Part shown: positions 26,729 to 35,182 of the stretch, piece by piece | How positions within the stretch are numbered: position 1 is the stretch's first letter | Layout of the letters: each line of letters begins with the position of its first letter | Origin: a virus | Virus record (IMG/VR): IMGVR_UViG_3300031251_000970 | Span: 1-64,000 of that record | Reading direction: 5' to 3' (one strand) | DNA: 64,000 nt | Made by a program: the position numbers and the translations under genes | Notes under the pieces: generated by a model | What the model was told of the DNA's origin: nothing | Seen by the model: the letters and a program-made list of their open reading frames with translations, nothing else | Databases searched by the model: none

Positions 26729-26961
26729 CTCCGCACTATTTCTGCTTCTCAATTTCCACGAGAATCTTTTCCATCTCTATGTCTTGCGAGATATCCGTCA
26801 GCAGTGACTCGATCACCTTCGAGATAAACTCAGAATCAGACATGCCCGGCTGCCATCCCTTTCGATTGAATTGCTTGATGCATTGTCTCAGAACTCTGCG
26901 AGTCCGCTTTCGAAGCTCATCAAGCGGCATGATTCTTTTGCGAAGCGGTGGTACTGACATT

Positions 26962-27396
26962 TCACGACTCCTCTTCCGAACCGGCCGCAATTTGTTCCAC
27001 GATTTCATCGACGTTGATTACCGGCTTCATTTGCATCTTCCGTCTTGCCTTCGCGGCTGATTGCTGTCGATCGCGAATATAGGCCGGATGTTCGACGAAA
27101 TTCTTTTGCGGAACGAATGACATCTTCAAAATCTGCCGTCTCGGGATCGGCAACGATTGATGCAGGAATAGCCATTTGTTCCAGTCCAATCCGCGATGTG
27201 CGAATTCGACATGAGAGACCTGCGGAATATCGTGATCGTGATCTTTCCATACGATGCGGAAATGGAACGGACCTTTCCCGATTGTTTTGGCCGTATGCTC
27301 TTCAATCGCGTCGAGTCGCTTTTGAATTTCGGCATTGAGAGTGAATTCGCCCGCTGTATGTCTTGCGAGTCTTGATTGCTGTCGTCGAAAACCCAT
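26962..27396 (-). CDS. Hypothetical protein
   Basis: 144 aa, AAGGA RBS. Confidence 0.6.
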   Translation of the reverse strand: MGFRRQQSRLARHTAGEFTLNAEIQKRLDAIEEHTAKTIGKGPFHFRIVWKDHDHDIPQVSHVEFAHRGLDWNKWLFLHQSLPIPRRQILKMSFVPQKNFVEHPAYIRDRQQSAAKARRKMQMKPVINVDEIVEQIAAGSEEES

Positions 27397-27574
27397 TGTT
27401 AATCCTTTTCAGTTAGTTGCCGCACATGCCCGTGCATTTCATCTTGCCATAACAGTTTTTGACCGTTGTCGACATCATAAGTCGCGAGTTTGACTATTAT
27501 GGCGACTATTACCGCGAGCAGACATATCCAAAACGATACCGTCAGGAACACATCCAGCCAATTCTTCATTGCAT

Positions 27575-28312
27575 TCACCTCTGATTGAGAAATGTTTTGG
27601 CCGTATGAATCACATCTCGATCAGCATCTTCCATGCTGCGGAGAATCCATTGAAGATAATCCTTCGGAACTTCGCTCCACTTTCGGCCCTTGTGTTTTCC
27701 AAATCGTACGGTCGTCAACAGCATCGGTTCATTGACCCAGTGGATTAATTTTCGGATGTCGATTGTATCGGGCTCCCTAGATCGGCTGATGACCTCGTTC
27801 AACTCATGAATCAATAAAGTCGCCGTGACGATCGCATCTGGCAAAGCCCGATGAATTGGAGCATTCCTTTCGATCGGCGGGTTCAGTTTCAACTGATAGC
27901 GAAGAAACTGATTCGAGTGACTTTCGAAGTCCGGCCAGAGTTTTTGAGCGAGCCGCATCGTGCAGAGTGCCGGATATTTCGGATTCAAAAACGCACCGTC
28001 TAATTCCGCATTATGAAACACGTTCACGATCGGTCCATATGAACCGGTTTCCAGATAGGATGATTCGAACTGCGGACGATCGGCGACATCCTCATCGACG
28101 ATATGGTGAATCGCGGAAGCAGATGCCGGAATCGGCATTCCCGGATTGAACAACCACGATCGGCTATTTTGGATTCCGTCCAGAGTGCAGGTCACGATTG
28201 CCAGTTCGACGATCTTGTCCTTCTCGGGCTCCAATCCGGTTGTTTCGACGTCACATACCTCGAAGGATACCCCTCGAATATTGAACAATGATGAAAATTC
28301 CGCTTGACTCAT
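27575..28312 (-). CDS. DEDDh 3'-5' exonuclease (exodeoxyribonuclease X-like)
   Basis: DVETTG, FHNAELD, HRALPDA, C-terminal FGKHKG..W.EVP.DYL.W. Confidence 0.9.
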   Translation of the reverse strand: MSQAEFSSLFNIRGVSFEVCDVETTGLEPEKDKIVELAIVTCTLDGIQNSRSWLFNPGMPIPASASAIHHIVDEDVADRPQFESSYLETGSYGPIVNVFHNAELDGAFLNPKYPALCTMRLAQKLWPDFESHSNQFLRYQLKLNPPIERNAPIHRALPDAIVTATLLIHELNEVISRSREPDTIDIRKLIHWVNEPMLLTTVRFGKHKGRKWSEVPKDYLQWILRSMEDADRDVIHTAKTFLNQR

Positions 28313-28581
28313 CGCTTCTCCTTTTTCACTTCACCCGCTGGTCGACCCCGCTTGCCGCGTTCCGGAAGTTCGATCTTCAATTCCTTGATCGCTTCCAAAA
28401 TCTGGCCATTCAGCCGCAAGGATTCCTCGATCACTCCGCCAATTACGATTCCTCGCGTTTTGTGCAGGTGATCCAAACATTTCGCGATTTCATTCGTCAA
28501 CGTAATCGACAGTTTGACCCATGATCGTTGAGCAGTTTTCGTTTTCTTTTTCATTTTCGCCTTCAATTTCCAGAGACTCAA
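28309..28581 (-). CDS. Small basic DNA-binding protein (RHH-like, with AT-hook-like RGRP)
   Basis: KLSITLT...VIEESL...GKRGRP. Confidence 0.5.
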   Translation of the reverse strand: MSLWKLKAKMKKKTKTAQRSWVKLSITLTNEIAKCLDHLHKTRGIVIGGVIEESLRLNGQILEAIKELKIELPERGKRGRPAGEVKKEKR

Positions 28582-28592
28582 TCAGTTGCAAA

Positions 28593-29147
28593 TTACGATT
28601 TGTATTTGGGCAACTCCTTCAAAACATGGTCGCAATAGGTCTCGAACACGGTTCCACGCAGCTTGGGGAGCAATATCCCCTCAATCCGGCCTTCGATCGT
28701 CGGGCTGCCGCAAACCTTCGCCATTGCGGTTTGATTGACATGCAAGCGATTTGGTGCGATTTCACGATCGATGATGCCGCCTTCCGAGAGCAGTAGGTAT
28801 TTCTCGTGGCGTTCCAGTTTTGCCATCAGGCTGCAAATCTCCAATGCGGGAGGATTCACATCGTGGCCGTAATTGTGGCTTGACTTGAAAATCTGCACGA
28901 GCGAGCAAAACCATTCGTGCTCCGATGGTCGACCGCGTCCCCAAATGTGATGGATTTCTGTTCGAGTCGCCATCCAGTTATTTGCCAATTCTTGCTTGCG
29001 AATCCAGGCTTTCGCGTCGTCGTCCTTTTTCAGGAAGTCTTCGACCTCGCAAACGTAGGCGGAGATTTGCGAACGATATTCCGCACATTCCAGAGCGACT
29101 TCGGTCGGTTGTTTCGGCAATCGAGGTTTTGAGGATCGTTTTTTCAT
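28593..29147 (-). CDS. Hypothetical protein, degenerate HNH-like
   Basis: EIHHIWGRG...H...H; start moved to ATG 29147. Confidence 0.55.
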   Translation of the reverse strand: MKKRSSKPRLPKQPTEVALECAEYRSQISAYVCEVEDFLKKDDDAKAWIRKQELANNWMATRTEIHHIWGRGRPSEHEWFCSLVQIFKSSHNYGHDVNPPALEICSLMAKLERHEKYLLLSEGGIIDREIAPNRLHVNQTAMAKVCGSPTIEGRIEGILLPKLRGTVFETYCDHVLKELPKYKS

Positions 29148-29482
29148 TTCGATGACCGTTCCCGAATTTGATCCATAATCTCTTGTGCCCGCATCGATCC
29201 GGGAGCACATCGGAAAAACTCGTTCCATAACGCATCTTTCGACGGTTTCGCCGCTTGAGTTTCAGCGATTGATTGCGGAGTTCTGCCTCTCCGCAACCAT
29301 TGAGCAACCTGCTGAGTTTCGATGCCGATTCGCTCACCGGCCGCAAACGGGTCTTCGCCGGAAGACACACACGCTGACCACAACTTATAAGCCGTCACGA
29401 ACCATTTTCGCCGCAGATGCGGATGCTTTTTCGGAGGAATCTCTCCGAAATCGGCAGGAATCGGAATCAAACCTTCTAGCAT
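29144..29482 (-). CDS. Putative HTH protein
   Basis: AAGERIGIETQQVAQWLRRG. Confidence 0.55.
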   Translation of the reverse strand: MLEGLIPIPADFGEIPPKKHPHLRRKWFVTAYKLWSACVSSGEDPFAAGERIGIETQQVAQWLRRGRTPQSIAETQAAKPSKDALWNEFFRCAPGSMRAQEIMDQIRERSSK

Positions 29483-29784
29483 GATTGTTCCTCTCGATGA
29501 GATTTGTTTTCAGCATCAGCGAGCATGTGTTGAGCGAGACGCATTTCATCCACCGGAGTCAATTCTCGCAGAAGTCCAGCGATCATCTCGACGGCCAGCA
29601 AGGAATCGAAACGAATCATCCATTCATCAATCTTCTCGGACGATGGGAATGGAATCACCGCTTCCGAATCGCGTGCCCATCCGTGACAAATCGGACAGAC
29701 TTCCATCAGCGGCGATCTACTCGCACAATGCGGACAGGCTCCAAACCACGCTCGCACAATTCCGATGATCTTTCGCCAAAGCAT
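29476..29784 (-). CDS. Hypothetical Zn-finger-like protein
   Basis: CPHC...CPIC. Confidence 0.55.
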   Translation of the reverse strand: MLWRKIIGIVRAWFGACPHCASRSPLMEVCPICHGWARDSEAVIPFPSSEKIDEWMIRFDSLLAVEMIAGLLRELTPVDEMRLAQHMLADAENKSHREEQSC

Positions 29785-29793
29785 TTCGTTCCC

Positions 29794-30027
29794 CTATTTA
29801 ACGAGAGCGATTCCTCGAAACTTTGTCGCACTTCTGAACCATGTCGTCCTGCCGGTCCGCAGATTCGTCACCTGATATTTCGTTTGAGCCTTGATCACTC
29901 GGCGAGCATAGGTCGACTCCAGAACTCGCCCATCAATCTCTTCGATCGAATCCACTCGCACCGTCACGATGATTCCGCTGATCTTGGCGAGATATTCGCC
30001 ACCGACTTTGATTTCAGATTTCTTCAT
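29794..30027 (-). CDS. Small basic hypothetical protein
   Basis: First ORF after the 30.08 kb promoter; AAGGGA RBS. Confidence 0.7.
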   Translation of the reverse strand: MKKSEIKVGGEYLAKISGIIVTVRVDSIEEIDGRVLESTYARRVIKAQTKYQVTNLRTGRTTWFRSATKFRGIALVK

Positions 30028-30060
30028 GATCAGTCCCTTTCTATGTTCGTCGCTGCATTA

Positions 30061-30108
30061 AATATACTGAACTTTAACTTTACTTGTCAACAATTGTTCT
30101 GTATATTT
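30061..30108. promoter_or_regulatory. Overlapping divergent sigma70-like promoters
   Basis: Minus TTGACA-18-TATATT; plus TTTACT-17-TATATT; AT-rich gap between divergent genes. Confidence 0.6.
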
Positions 30109-30147
30109 GTTTCGTTCGGAAACTTTTTCTTAATTGGAGTAGATCAA

Positions 30148-30609
30148 ATGTCAACCGTCGAGATCATTCAAAAGCATCTGCCTACCTTGGATGAGGCGAT
30201 AACAAGATTCCTCAAATTGGATCGAAGCATTCTCGACGATAGAGACACACTTCGCCTCGCAGCATTTCTCTCATCCGATCAACTGAGCAAACTTGATTTT
30301 GCGGTGATCGAAGGTGAAATTCATAATCCGCTTGAATGGACGGCGGATAATGTCTCAAAGGAATTGGCGGAAGACGTCGCGTTTGCTTTCGAGAAAGCAC
30401 TCAATCGACGGGGAATCTCCGCCTACTTGATGGCTGGTGTTTTAGAAATGTGGCACGCGATTCTTCAACCGCCGTTCGACTTGCCAAAGTATCGCCATTA
30501 TGGATTGCCGATTGCGAAGTCGATGGCCGTTTATTTCGAACTCGACAATCAAATCGGCGATAAGAATGGCGACGAGTTCGAGTTCTCAACTGAAGCGGAG
30601 GGAATTTAA
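30148..30609 (+). CDS. Hypothetical protein (plus-strand moron-like)
   Basis: GGAG RBS before MSTVEIIQ; AFAFEKALNRRGISA motif. Confidence 0.75.
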   Translation: MSTVEIIQKHLPTLDEAITRFLKLDRSILDDRDTLRLAAFLSSDQLSKLDFAVIEGEIHNPLEWTADNVSKELAEDVAFAFEKALNRRGISAYLMAGVLEMWHAILQPPFDLPKYRHYGLPIAKSMAVYFELDNQIGDKNGDEFEFSTEAEGI

Positions 30610-30926
30610 TGCGACTTTCAGCGATGACGACCACAGAGAGAGATCGATTGACGCCGCATGTCATGAAGCGATGGGATGATCTGATCGCTTTATTTCAGAG
30701 TTTTGGCATTACATCGAGCACGATTATCGGCAGCGATACGGATCGACAAATTGTCGTTTGGTTAATGGAGGACAAGGACATCATCGTCGACGACAGCAGG
30801 ACCGTAATCAGCGAGGAAACTCTCTCTCGACGGGCGGAAGCCTACGATCTCGATGTCGAAATTCTGCGTCAATGGTATATCAATTGGCACATTCTGAAAC
30901 TGCCACCAAAAAACGCATCACAATAG
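30609..30926 (+). CDS. Hypothetical protein
   Basis: TAATG-coupled, GGAGG RBS. Confidence 0.65.
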   Translation: MRLSAMTTTERDRLTPHVMKRWDDLIALFQSFGITSSTIIGSDTDRQIVVWLMEDKDIIVDDSRTVISEETLSRRAEAYDLDVEILRQWYINWHILKLPPKNASQ

Positions 30927-32024
30927 TCCGCGTCGATTCAGTTCGTCGGTCAGATTCGAATAGGCTTTATCCGTCGGAAGCCGCTCGGATGCGAATGTTC
31001 TCGCATTCGCTTCGAATTGCTTTCGTCGCTTTCCATCCTGCAAAACGCTTACGACAGCCATCGCGAACTCATCCGGACTATCCGTTATGATCGCACAATA
31101 TCCGCTCGTTTCCTCAAATCCATCGATTCCATGAGTATTCGCAACTACGGCTTTCCCGTGCGAGAGAGCCGCGATGAACTTGAGTTTCGAACCACCGCCG
31201 TGAAATGTCGGAACGATGCAGACCCGAGTTTCCGCATATTCTTGCGTCAAATCTTCGACTCGGCCAAGCAGCTTGACTCCCTGATATTGACCGACGTTGA
31301 TTCCGTTGCAGACGTTCCCGGCAATATGCAGAGTCGCTCCGATCGAATATCGTCGAATCGTGGACCAGCAGTTTTCCAGGAACCTTTCAATCGCGATGCA
31401 GTTCTCGCGGACGCCTGACGCAACGTAGAAGATTCGGCCAGGATGCTGAAGCGATTCGTCCGTGAAGTTCAGTTCCGATGAGAGATTGACCCGCACGACG
31501 GAGGTTCCGTTTGTCATCCGCAGACATTCGAGTCGGTCTTGTTCCTGAATCGTGACGATCAAATCGGCTTTTTGCAGACATTCCGATTCTTCGGCTTCTG
31601 TCCATTGATGATGATGGTGATGGAATCCGTGCTTTTCGAAATCGGCGAGAACTCGTATTCGTAAATCCGGAACGAGGATTATTTTCCACGATCGCCAGTC
31701 GAGATAATCATGAACCGCAGCGATCCATGAATAATTCGCGACGACGATTTCAGGATTGATTCGCTCGAAAACCCATTGAGTTATTCTGCATTCCCCTTCA
31801 GTCGCCGGAGAATCATAATGAGGCGGCTGCTGATTTCCGATGACCACCTTGGCGATGGATTCCAATTCGGGCGAGATTGGCCGCGACATTCCCAAAAACA
31901 GATAGGTGATCTCGAATCCGACCGACTTCAGATACCGGCAGAAGTCCAGAATCATCGTATCGATGCCGCTTGATCCGGGCTCCGCGAGATTTCTCGCCAC
32001 AAATAATGCCTGATTGATGATCAT
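30918..32024 (-). CDS. GT-B fold glycosyltransferase (GT4-like)
   Basis: LHIAG, LLGRVEDL, VPTFHGGGSKLKFIAALSHGKAVV..GIDG. Confidence 0.85.
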   Translation of the reverse strand: MIINQALFVARNLAEPGSSGIDTMILDFCRYLKSVGFEITYLFLGMSRPISPELESIAKVVIGNQQPPHYDSPATEGECRITQWVFERINPEIVVANYSWIAAVHDYLDWRSWKIILVPDLRIRVLADFEKHGFHHHHHQWTEAEESECLQKADLIVTIQEQDRLECLRMTNGTSVVRVNLSSELNFTDESLQHPGRIFYVASGVRENCIAIERFLENCWSTIRRYSIGATLHIAGNVCNGINVGQYQGVKLLGRVEDLTQEYAETRVCIVPTFHGGGSKLKFIAALSHGKAVVANTHGIDGFEETSGYCAIITDSPDEFAMAVVSVLQDGKRRKQFEANARTFASERLPTDKAYSNLTDELNRRGLL

Positions 32025-32731
32025 TCCTTTCGCAAAATGAGATGGAATCCCTTGTGCGGTTCCTCCGCTACATCGACATCAGAACCGCGACCGTTTCCGC
32101 GAACGAAATCGGTATGTCGAAACTGATGAGAAGCGACTTCGATCAATCCATTTTCGCAAAATCGATCGATCCACCATTGCTTACTTCTTACGGTTTGATG
32201 GTAGATGATCTCGGGAGTGTCGGATTGATTTTCCATGCTGACCGATGCGACGAAAAGCCCGTTATTCGCCAAATGAGACTTGATGTTCTCGATCAATCCA
32301 AACAGGTCTGATTCGGCGATATGCTCCAGAACTTCCCACGCCGTTATGATCTTGAATTTCCGCTGGTTCGATAATTCGTCGACAATTTGAAATGGTTTCG
32401 TGATGTCGGCCGTGAAAAGATGATCCGCGAATTGTCCGCCCCATTCGGCTCGCTTCGTTTTTTGATTGATATCACTTCCTTCGACGCCGATCGAGTCGAT
32501 TCCGGTTTGACACATCAATGCGACCATTCCGCCGCCAGCACATCCCAAATCGAGCATTCGTGGACGCGGAAAATGGCGAAGACACGCATCGACGAACAAT
32601 GGATTGACCGAATTATCGTTGATCGTTCCGCGAGGGAATCGATGATCGATACTGTTGACCGCGACCGGATGCTTTGTGCGGATGAAAGACTTTTGAAGCA
32701 TTTGACTCATTCCGTGATTACGGGTTCCCAT
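32021..32731 (-). CDS. Class I SAM-dependent methyltransferase
   Basis: LDLGCAGG, GVEGS, ADIT, WEVLEHI. Confidence 0.88.
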   Translation of the reverse strand: MGTRNHGMSQMLQKSFIRTKHPVAVNSIDHRFPRGTINDNSVNPLFVDACLRHFPRPRMLDLGCAGGGMVALMCQTGIDSIGVEGSDINQKTKRAEWGGQFADHLFTADITKPFQIVDELSNQRKFKIITAWEVLEHIAESDLFGLIENIKSHLANNGLFVASVSMENQSDTPEIIYHQTVRSKQWWIDRFCENGLIEVASHQFRHTDFVRGNGRGSDVDVAEEPHKGFHLILRKE

Positions 32732-34392
32732 TCAATTTTCCGGCCACGAGCAACCCATGCTCGATAATTGGATTCGTCATTGATTCCGCGTTGCTTTCCG
32801 AGTTCGGCGGTTTCGTCCCAGTGAGCGAGTCCCATAGTGGCTTGGCGGTGGAGTATTTTCGACTTGAAACATTGATGAGCACACGAGTTTTTGACAGCCA
32901 AATCGAACGTCGCCACATCATTAAACCATCGCTTGAAGAGATTGATACACAAAACTCCTCCAAGAACGTTTAGGCAAAATGGTCTCGTGACGATCGTTCT
33001 CGTAAATATCTGACCGCCGATGACTCTTAAATCCGGATCGTAAAGCCCGAAACAGGCGACGTCGGGATTTCCGATTTCCGCATGTTTCTCCAAAACCTTG
33101 TCGAACCAGTCGGCATGATCGTAAACCAAATCATCATCGGCGATTTTCAGCCAGAATCCTTTCGAATGCATCAATCCGACATTCCAGCAAGTGATCGGAT
33201 CGGCATCATGGAAGACGACCTGCAATCCTGGATACGACTCCTGATCCTTTGCCATTTCCACCAGAATCGATGCAGCGTCTTCCGGATGGCTGATGCAGAT
33301 GAATTCTCGATCGTGACCGCGAGTCGTCTCGTAGAAGCCCTTAATCGATTCCGCTGCTTGTGCCGAACGTCCACGAGTCGGCATGATTCCCGAAAGAATC
33401 GGCCGATTTGTTGTTTTGACATCTCGTCGCGAAAGCACATCTTGCCGGGTTTTCTTCAGCCATTTTTCATTGTGCGACAATGGGCGAAGCTCGCATCCCT
33501 CGCAAATGAGTTGCGTTTGATCGCTGGAATGCTTCCACGGCGTGGCGAAACCGACTGGATTCTGCGGTTCCTTGCACTCGAATATCGGGGTTTTCATGTC
33601 CAAAACATCGACAATCGAGCCGCGATAAACGCATGGCAATTGCTGCATCACCTTCGCTGTTCTGTCGAGCGGGACTTGTTCGCCGAAATCCCACCATTCC
33701 TCCGGCTTTAGAACTTGTTCTTCGCTGCCAGCACGTCTTGAAACGTCTGAAGCCCCCCCCCGTTGACCGATCAGCCATCGCGTCGGAGCGTATGCATTAA
33801 AATCCGCGATCCAATGAGCGATCATCACGTCACAGTCACCGTGCTGCCATTGATGCCAGAATTTGTAGAGTTCTGTCATTCCTCGACCGAATGCCGCATA
33901 GGCATGACAACGATCAATTTGCGTGAGTTTGACCACATGCGGATTGATCGGAATCGGAGGTTGCATATGGTTTCCGCCAAGCCATACAAATTCGCGATCC
34001 GGCGGAAGAAATCGAAAGAACTCTTCGGCTGCTTCGGTGAAATCCGGTCTTAGAATCGCATCGTCTTCGAGTATCAACACCGATTCGCAACCGTCATTTA
34101 ACGCATCCTCCAATGCTCGCCGATGACTCTGCAAACAACCCCACACCCCGGCCGTTCGAACGAATCTCACGTTCACGGAAACATTCATGCCGTTGTGTTC
34201 CGGCAATTGAATCTGATGTTCATCCGGAGGAGGGCATCTCTGACCGTCGATTGCTTTCATGAAGATCGGCGATTTGAAGGGCCAATTCAGCAATTCCGCT
34301 TCGATCGCTTCCCGTCGGTCGGTTCTGCGTTCGAGATTGATGACTACGACTCGATCGAAAATGTCAAACAGATTCAATTTTCGCCCTTTCAA
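32707..34392 (-). CDS. Two-domain glycosyltransferase (GT25-like plus GT2-like)
   Basis: VINLERRTDRR, AIDG, GCLQSH, LILEDD, HAY; second domain IMPTRGR...ADDD. Confidence 0.88.
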   Translation of the reverse strand: MKGRKLNLFDIFDRVVVINLERRTDRREAIEAELLNWPFKSPIFMKAIDGQRCPPPDEHQIQLPEHNGMNVSVNVRFVRTAGVWGCLQSHRRALEDALNDGCESVLILEDDAILRPDFTEAAEEFFRFLPPDREFVWLGGNHMQPPIPINPHVVKLTQIDRCHAYAAFGRGMTELYKFWHQWQHGDCDVMIAHWIADFNAYAPTRWLIGQRGGASDVSRRAGSEEQVLKPEEWWDFGEQVPLDRTAKVMQQLPCVYRGSIVDVLDMKTPIFECKEPQNPVGFATPWKHSSDQTQLICEGCELRPLSHNEKWLKKTRQDVLSRRDVKTTNRPILSGIMPTRGRSAQAAESIKGFYETTRGHDREFICISHPEDAASILVEMAKDQESYPGLQVVFHDADPITCWNVGLMHSKGFWLKIADDDLVYDHADWFDKVLEKHAEIGNPDVACFGLYDPDLRVIGGQIFTRTIVTRPFCLNVLGGVLCINLFKRWFNDVATFDLAVKNSCAHQCFKSKILHRQATMGLAHWDETAELGKQRGINDESNYRAWVARGRKIEWEPVITE

Positions 34393-34646
34393 ATTCGTTC
34401 GAAGATGTGCCAGACGACCACGCCATTTTGAACGGTTCCGCGATAATAGGTTTCGGTTGTATCGAATTCTTGCCCCGTGCCGATTATCAAAAATTCACGA
34501 TCGACTTCGATTCGATCAGGATTGCAAATTGCCCACATGCAAATCTGGCCATTTTGCACTTGAACATCGACAATCACCGAGTCTCTCGGCATTCGAATTC
34601 GCTGTTCCATTCGCACTTCAAGAGGAAACTTCCAAATAACCGACAT
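34389..34646 (-). CDS. Small phage protein
   Basis: IWKFPL...GTG...GTVQ..VVWHIFE. Confidence 0.75.
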   Translation of the reverse strand: MSVIWKFPLEVRMEQRIRMPRDSVIVDVQVQNGQICMWAICNPDRIEVDREFLIIGTGQEFDTTETYYRGTVQNGVVVWHIFERI

Positions 34647-34695
34647 GATTGATTCCTTTCCAAAATAAGAAATGCTGCTTTATCGCCGATGATCA

Positions 34696-35012
34696 TCAGG
34701 CGGTCATATATTCGATTTCGTCTATCAGTTGCAGAGATTCCGCACCATCGTATTCTTCGATTACGAACCGCTTTCCTTTCTCGATCCATACAACATAAAG
34801 GCCATGGGAGCCGCCGGTATAAAAATACATCCGCATTTTCTTTCGGCGATTTCTACCGCCTTATCGATATCCTCGTCGATTACCGCTTGGACAATTTCCG
34901 AATCCATCGTCAATAACTCTTGAATGTCATCGTCGGCCCATGTACTCCATCCGGCTCCGAATCCCGCAGAAATGAGTACGCCGATCTTTCCATCTTTCTC
35001 GATTTTTTCCAC
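34696..35012 (-). pseudogene. Frameshifted phage gene (GFGAGWSTW ... EYDG type)
   Basis: The N-terminal half is in the 34761..35012 frame; a plausible C-terminus YTGGSHGLYVVWIEKGKRFVIEEYDGAESL lies in the -1 frame after about 34825. Confidence 0.6.
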
Positions 35013-35060
35013 TTAACCACTCCTTATTTTCAATGAGTTCTCTGTCGACCGTGCTTCGCG

Positions 35061-35095
35061 ATATTATTGTTACTGAATATTTGATTCAATTGCAA
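35061..35095 (-). promoter_or_regulatory. Sigma70-like promoter
   Basis: TTGAAT-17-TAATAT or TTGCAA-17-TAACAA in an AT-rich gap. Confidence 0.5.
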
Positions 35096-35101
35096 GAGCA
35101 C

Positions 35102-35139
35102 AAACGAACAAACCTCGACTGATCAAACAATCGAGGCTT
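35102..35139 (-). terminator. Terminator-like hairpin after the tail/GT25 genes
   Basis: AGCCTCGATTG...CAGTCGAGGTT followed by TGTTCGTTT. Confidence 0.5.
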
Positions 35140-35182
35140 ATCCGCGTCAAGTTGTCACCGAGACATCGGCATCGTATCTCGG

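Noticed and set aside
29485-30147. N-terminal extension of the 374 aa plus-strand ORF
   Set aside because: Overlaps two minus-strand genes and the promoter gap; the RBS supports ATG 30148.
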